DNA of 64,000 bases from positions 153-64,152 of the IMG/VR virus record IMGVR_UViG_3300034039_000011; one strand, given 5' to 3'. Position numbers and translations under genes: made by a program. Each line of letters starts with the position of its first letter. Within the stretch, counting starts at the first letter, position 1. Positions 59,498 through 64,000 of this stretch are shown here, piece by piece. The notes beneath the pieces were generated by a model. The model had not been told where the DNA came from. It saw only the letters and a program-made list of their open reading frames with translations, and made no database searches. The DNA comes from a virus. Lineage: Duplodnaviria > Caudoviricetes.

Positions 59498-59761
59498 TTA
59501 TTCAAATAATTTAGATGGTGAAAAATCAAATTTAACCTCATCATTCAGTACAATAGTAACAAATAATGAATAAAAAATAAATCCGATTGATAATGGTAAG
59601 AATATTATTATAGAAAATGGTGTTAAAATTAAATATAATAATATTCTTATGAATAACATATAAGTAAATTTAATTTTACTTTCTTTTTTATCAATTAAAT
59701 CAATATTATTCAAATTAGAATTTATATTTTTTTTCTTTCTTTTACAGCTTTGACATCCCAT
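59498..59761 (-). CDS. Small membrane protein with N-terminal CxxC
   Basis: MGCQSCKRKKK followed by a long hydrophobic stretch. Confidence 0.6.
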   Translation of the reverse strand: MGCQSCKRKKKNINSNLNNIDLIDKKESKIKFTYMLFIRILLYLILTPFSIIIFLPLSIGFIFYSLFVTIVLNDEVKFDFSPSKLFE

Positions 59762-59781
59762 AATTATAATTTTATAAATTA

Positions 59782-61602
59782 TTATTTTACTCTTACTTTA
59801 ATATCAATTTCTGGGTATCTTATTTCAAACATGGCATTAGGTTCACCAAACAATGTATATTCACCCAACATATCAATTTGTTTTTTTTCTTCATCAATAT
59901 ATGGTTGAGCAATTTCATCCATTGAATATTTCCCTTCACCAACTTTATTAAATGCTCTAATGTCCACAATATTTAAAACCCCATTTATATTATTTATTCT
60001 TTCAATAAGTTGGGATATATATATGTTTTCACCCATATAATGTTTATTTATATCAAAATAGTTTTTCACCTCATTTATTGTTTTAGAAATAATTTCAGTT
60101 TGTGGAACATTTTTATCAATAAACAAATCAATTTCAAAGGATAAATTTATTACTTTACCATTTTTCACAACCACATAATCATTTATCATTCTAAATTCTG
60201 ATAAATATCTTGAAATATTTTCTTTAATTGTGCTAGATATTTTTGTGCTTAATTTACCACTTGAATTTAATGTTAAAATATAAACAGCAATTTTATTTTG
60301 TTCTTCAATAACATTAACTCTAAACGGAACACCAAATTCACCTGGCATTAAAGATATTCTTACCAGATAGTCTTTTAATGTTACACATCTGTTTTGAGAA
60401 GAAAAGTTATATTTAATTAGATTTCTTATTTCTTCATGAGACATTTCATCTTTACCACCAATTGCAGGAATTGGATTATTTACTTTTAATGAACGCTTAA
60501 CTAAATTATTGTCTGATTGATTTGGTCCGTTAACAATAATATCAGCACTTACTACAGAATTTATTGTATTTGGACCAACGTTTGAAGATTTTCCACCACC
60601 AACTCTATATTTAACAAAAATTGTTTTATTTGGTGGTGGTATTTCCCCAAGTGATTTGTTATTTATAATATTGCCTATTTTATCAATTAAAGATTTATCA
60701 TCATAAAAATCACACATATTGCTTACATCAACATTCCCCCCACCAAAAATCAATTTCATAAATCCATTATCTGTATATTCGGTAATGAATTTTTTTGTTA
60801 TTTTTTTCCACGTACCATTTTTTATTCCAGCTTCAGAACCAGAAGAGGTGTTAGTATCTTCAACAAATACCAAACTTTCAGCTAACGAATCAACTTCATA
60901 CCATTTCAAATCTTCATCATAAAATTCATCTGATGAAGGTAATGTGTTAAAGTTAGTCCCATTTTTTATAATAACAGATTCTACCGATAATACATCTTTT
61001 TCAGGTAATAATAATTCCATAAATGGAACAACATCTTCAGAAGTAATTACTTTTTTAAAAATTTTAGTTACACCATTTACAATAAATTCTCTTTTGGTTA
61101 AAGTATAATTTATTAGATTTCCATTTGAATCAAAATTTGGTATAACTAATCTATTTGGTATCCCACCAGTAGTAAAAGGTGAAGCAAAATTAATATCATT
61201 TAAAACTTCAAATATTTTACCGTTTCCAGACACCTGCGCCCCGCTTTTTATTACAGGAGCATATCTTATATCAAATTTATCACCATTAACAGGTACAGTA
61301 ACAGAAAAATCTGCAATAGTAACAGATGGTCTTTTTCCAGGAATTTTTACACCAAATGTTCTTGCAATTGAAAGCAATGATTTTTTTTCTTTTGCGTAAT
61401 CTATTTGTGTTTCTTGAAACATTCTATCTGTATGGAATGATAACATATCTGCAACCGCAGCATTTAATTCAAGAAACAACATACCAACAGAAGAATCGTT
61501 AAAATCATTCAATATATCAGGATAATATTGTCTAATGAAATCAACAAGTTCTGAACGTATTGATTGAAAATCTCTATTATAATAATTTATTTGTTTTGAC
61601 AT
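59782..61602 (-). CDS. Baseplate wedge protein (T4 gp6 / baseplate J-like)
   Basis: INYYNRDFQSIRSEL, YRVGGG..SNV, GGKDE, SQNRCVTLKDY. Confidence 0.88.
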   Translation of the reverse strand: MSKQINYYNRDFQSIRSELVDFIRQYYPDILNDFNDSSVGMLFLELNAAVADMLSFHTDRMFQETQIDYAKEKKSLLSIARTFGVKIPGKRPSVTIADFSVTVPVNGDKFDIRYAPVIKSGAQVSGNGKIFEVLNDINFASPFTTGGIPNRLVIPNFDSNGNLINYTLTKREFIVNGVTKIFKKVITSEDVVPFMELLLPEKDVLSVESVIIKNGTNFNTLPSSDEFYDEDLKWYEVDSLAESLVFVEDTNTSSGSEAGIKNGTWKKITKKFITEYTDNGFMKLIFGGGNVDVSNMCDFYDDKSLIDKIGNIINNKSLGEIPPPNKTIFVKYRVGGGKSSNVGPNTINSVVSADIIVNGPNQSDNNLVKRSLKVNNPIPAIGGKDEMSHEEIRNLIKYNFSSQNRCVTLKDYLVRISLMPGEFGVPFRVNVIEEQNKIAVYILTLNSSGKLSTKISSTIKENISRYLSEFRMINDYVVVKNGKVINLSFEIDLFIDKNVPQTEIISKTINEVKNYFDINKHYMGENIYISQLIERINNINGVLNIVDIRAFNKVGEGKYSMDEIAQPYIDEEKKQIDMLGEYTLFGEPNAMFEIRYPEIDIKVRVK

Positions 61603-61745
61603 ATCATAAATTTTTCATTGAATTTATTATGTGAACTTCTTATTTTAAATATAATCAAAAATATTTTTATGGATATTTATATTGTAGGTGTTTAATTAAT
61701 ATTTTTTTCTGAAAATTAAAATAAATTACTATAACTTAATATAAT

Positions 61746-62129
61746 ATGGCAGGTGAATACATTAATGTAAAATTCCCGTTTACTGAAAGTAAAAATGGAA
61801 GTTTTGTTGAATTAACTAAAACAAATTTTGATGCAATCAAATCTGATTTAATGTTATTGTTACTTACAAATAAAGGTGAAAGAATATATTATCCAGATTA
61901 TGGAACATATTTATTGAAATATATATTTGAACCTAATGATAATATTACATTTAATTTAATGAAAGAAGATATTCAAAACACCATTAACAAATATATACCA
62001 AATCTAAAGATAAAAGATATTAAAGTAAATATTGGTGAATTTGATATATATAAAGCAAATGTAAAAATAGAATATGTAATAACAGATAGTGTTTTTGAAA
62101 AAACGGATTTTGTTGAAATAAATCTATGA
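61746..62129 (+). CDS. Baseplate gp25/GPW-like protein
   Basis: IKSDLMLLLLTNKGERIYYPDYGT.L..YIFEP. Confidence 0.9.
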   Translation: MAGEYINVKFPFTESKNGSFVELTKTNFDAIKSDLMLLLLTNKGERIYYPDYGTYLLKYIFEPNDNITFNLMKEDIQNTINKYIPNLKIKDIKVNIGEFDIYKANVKIEYVITDSVFEKTDFVEINL

Positions 62130-63668
62130 TTTCATTTTTTCATTAATATTTTTAATGGTGTTTAACATAATATTTTGTATTATTTTCTTACTAGCACCAA
62201 ATACATATTTTGCAATAAGTATATTTACAGAACATCTTTTAATTATTTTATCTTTATATTCATTAGAATTAATTATATTTGATTTATATGATTTTATTTT
62301 ACCAAAATCTTCATTATATTTAGCAACTGCTTCACCACATACATAATTTACATAACCATTATTTATGGTTCTTAGAGATATATCATGTTTGATAGTAATA
62401 TCTTTGTTCAATTCTAGTTCAAAACCATTTAATTTTTTAAATAAATCTTTTTTCATAAGAAAAATTGGAGAATCTACAAATAAAGTTTCTTTATTATAAT
62501 GATAATAATAATATTTACTACCAAAACCATACATGAGATTTAATAATAATATATTATTTTTGGCATTAATAATTCTAAGATATTCACCACTATAACATAT
62601 ATTATTATCTTTAAAATGAACTCTTGGAGATATTATACCTACAGGTTTATTTATTTTTTCTATATTATACATAATAATAGAAACTACATCATTTAAGAAA
62701 TTTATTTTTGGTGAGGTAAATAAAATATATTCAGAATCTATTTTTGATATAGTACTATTATAAAATTCATATTCATTTTCATCATTATATTCAATTATAT
62801 TTAATTTATCATTTTTTTGTAATTTATCTATATCAATACTATTATGTATTCCAAGAAATATATTATATTTCTCATAATTGGTTTTATCAATAATATTTGA
62901 TATAAAATCATTTATTTTATTTTCATCAAATTCTTTGGAGATATATGACAATATTGATATTGATTTTTTATTTTTAATATTTATTTTTTTGTTTTCAACA
63001 AAAATATCAATATCCATATCTATTGGAAGATATTCTTTATATTTTTCTTCAAATTTCCTTTTGTTTTTTTCCCATTCTTCATTTGGATTACCTAGAGATT
63101 TATGTATAATATCTATTTTGGTAAAACATCCTATTCTAACACCATTTATGTAATTATTGAAAGTAAAATCAATATCGTAAAAATGGAATCCATCAAAACT
63201 TTCATCAAAGTTCTTTTTTATTTTATTTTTATTTACAAAAAAACATAGACCATCTAGAATACAAGTATCAATAATATCAGTATATGTTGGAGAAGAATAA
63301 AATACTTTTTCCAAATTTCCATTTATTTTATGAATGACATTTTTATAAGAAGTTTCAGGTACTTCCCACCATTTACCACTAATTAATTTTGAAGTACCTG
63401 CAAATCCAATGATACCATAATTTGTTTTATTAAAACATTTTATTACTTTTCTACCCCAATTATTTGTAGTAAATTCAATATCATCATGTGAGAAACAAAT
63501 AATATCATATTTTGCTTTATGTAATATTTCATTATATACTTTTGTTAAAGATTTACTACCATCATTTTCTATTGGGATTATTTCTATATTTTTTATACCA
63601 GATGTCTTTTTTACATGTGATATAAAATTTTCATCAATTTTTTTAGTACTAAATCCAAATGTTATCAT
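62124..63668 (-). CDS. Glycosyltransferase family 2-like protein (two GT-A domains)
   Basis: YNEILHKAKYDIICFSHDD, LDG, FDESFDGFHFYDID; second degenerate GT2 domain. Confidence 0.8.
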   Translation of the reverse strand: MITFGFSTKKIDENFISHVKKTSGIKNIEIIPIENDGSKSLTKVYNEILHKAKYDIICFSHDDIEFTTNNWGRKVIKCFNKTNYGIIGFAGTSKLISGKWWEVPETSYKNVIHKINGNLEKVFYSSPTYTDIIDTCILDGLCFFVNKNKIKKNFDESFDGFHFYDIDFTFNNYINGVRIGCFTKIDIIHKSLGNPNEEWEKNKRKFEEKYKEYLPIDMDIDIFVENKKINIKNKKSISILSYISKEFDENKINDFISNIIDKTNYEKYNIFLGIHNSIDIDKLQKNDKLNIIEYNDENEYEFYNSTISKIDSEYILFTSPKINFLNDVVSIIMYNIEKINKPVGIISPRVHFKDNNICYSGEYLRIINAKNNILLLNLMYGFGSKYYYYHYNKETLFVDSPIFLMKKDLFKKLNGFELELNKDITIKHDISLRTINNGYVNYVCGEAVAKYNEDFGKIKSYKSNIINSNEYKDKIIKRCSVNILIAKYVFGASKKIIQNIMLNTIKNINEKMKS

Positions 63669-63797
63669 ATTTTTTTATTTAAAAATACTGTTTTTTTTCT
63701 TATAATTTTTTATTTTTTTCATATAAAAAAAAATAGAATATACTATCCCCAAATCTATTAATAATAATAGATTATTTTATTTTTTATATGCCCTAAG

Positions 63798-64000
63798 ATA
63801 TTTTATAATAATTTCTAGAAAAATTCTAGAATATTTTATTTTATTTATTATATATTCTAGAATATTTTATAATAATTTCTAGAAAATTCTAGAATATTTT
63901 ATAATAATTTCTAGAAAATTCTAGAATATTTTATTTTATTTATTATATATTCTAGAATATTTTATAATAATTTCTAGAAAATTCTAGAATATTTTATTTT
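63798..64000. repeat. AT-rich tandem array of 31-32 bp units rich in TCTAGA palindromes (runs off the window)
   Basis: Unit A ATATTTTATAATAATTTCTAGAAAATTCTAGA and unit B ATATTTTATTTTATTTATTATATATTCTAGA in the order A' B A A B A B(partial). Confidence 0.9.

Noticed and set aside
21137-62129. Bacterial contractile injection system (eCIS, tailocin or T6SS) rather than phage
   Set aside because: Neck proteins, PolB, DnaB, resolvase and many small phage-type ORFs, with no host housekeeping genes, indicate a phage genome.
99-63153. Numerous short ORFs antisense to or nested in long genes
   Set aside because: Low-complexity I/F/L/S-rich translations typical of the reverse strand of AT-rich genes.
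63798-64000. Possible CRISPR array
   Set aside because: Units are directly tandem with no unique spacers, and no cas genes are visible.
1-64000. Stop-codon reassignment as seen in some large phages
   Set aside because: Long genes are intact under code 11, and TAG and TGA both appear to act as real stops (for example at 62124 and 62129).

Overview
This is a very AT-rich, gene-dense segment of a large tailed phage with a contractile tail (myovirus, probably jumbo). Structural genes include neck and tail-completion proteins, tail sheath, a baseplate cluster (gp6/J-like, gp25-like) and repeat-rich fibre proteins. Replication and recombination genes include a family B DNA polymerase, a SNF2 helicase and a DnaB helicase, each with an intein, plus a RuvC-like resolvase. 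An accessory island holds three DNA methyltransferases, MazG, DUF4326, two receiver-like cREC proteins and an M15 peptidase. There are two TnpB-carrying IS elements (IS607-type and IS200/IS605-type), a sulfotransferase, a glycosyltransferase, and an AT-rich TTCTAGAA tandem array at the right edge. Several independent signals point to a Bacteroidota host: TAnnTTTG promoters, a T9SS C-terminal sorting domain, SprB repeats and Gln+1 signal peptides. The most unusual observations are phage-encoded Bacteroidota envelope-type proteins (a T9SS cargo, a membrane-anchored SprB-repeat protein and an OmpA-like protein) and an unrecognised 4-Cys repeat spanning two baseplate genes. All calls come from motif recognition by eye; no searches were run.
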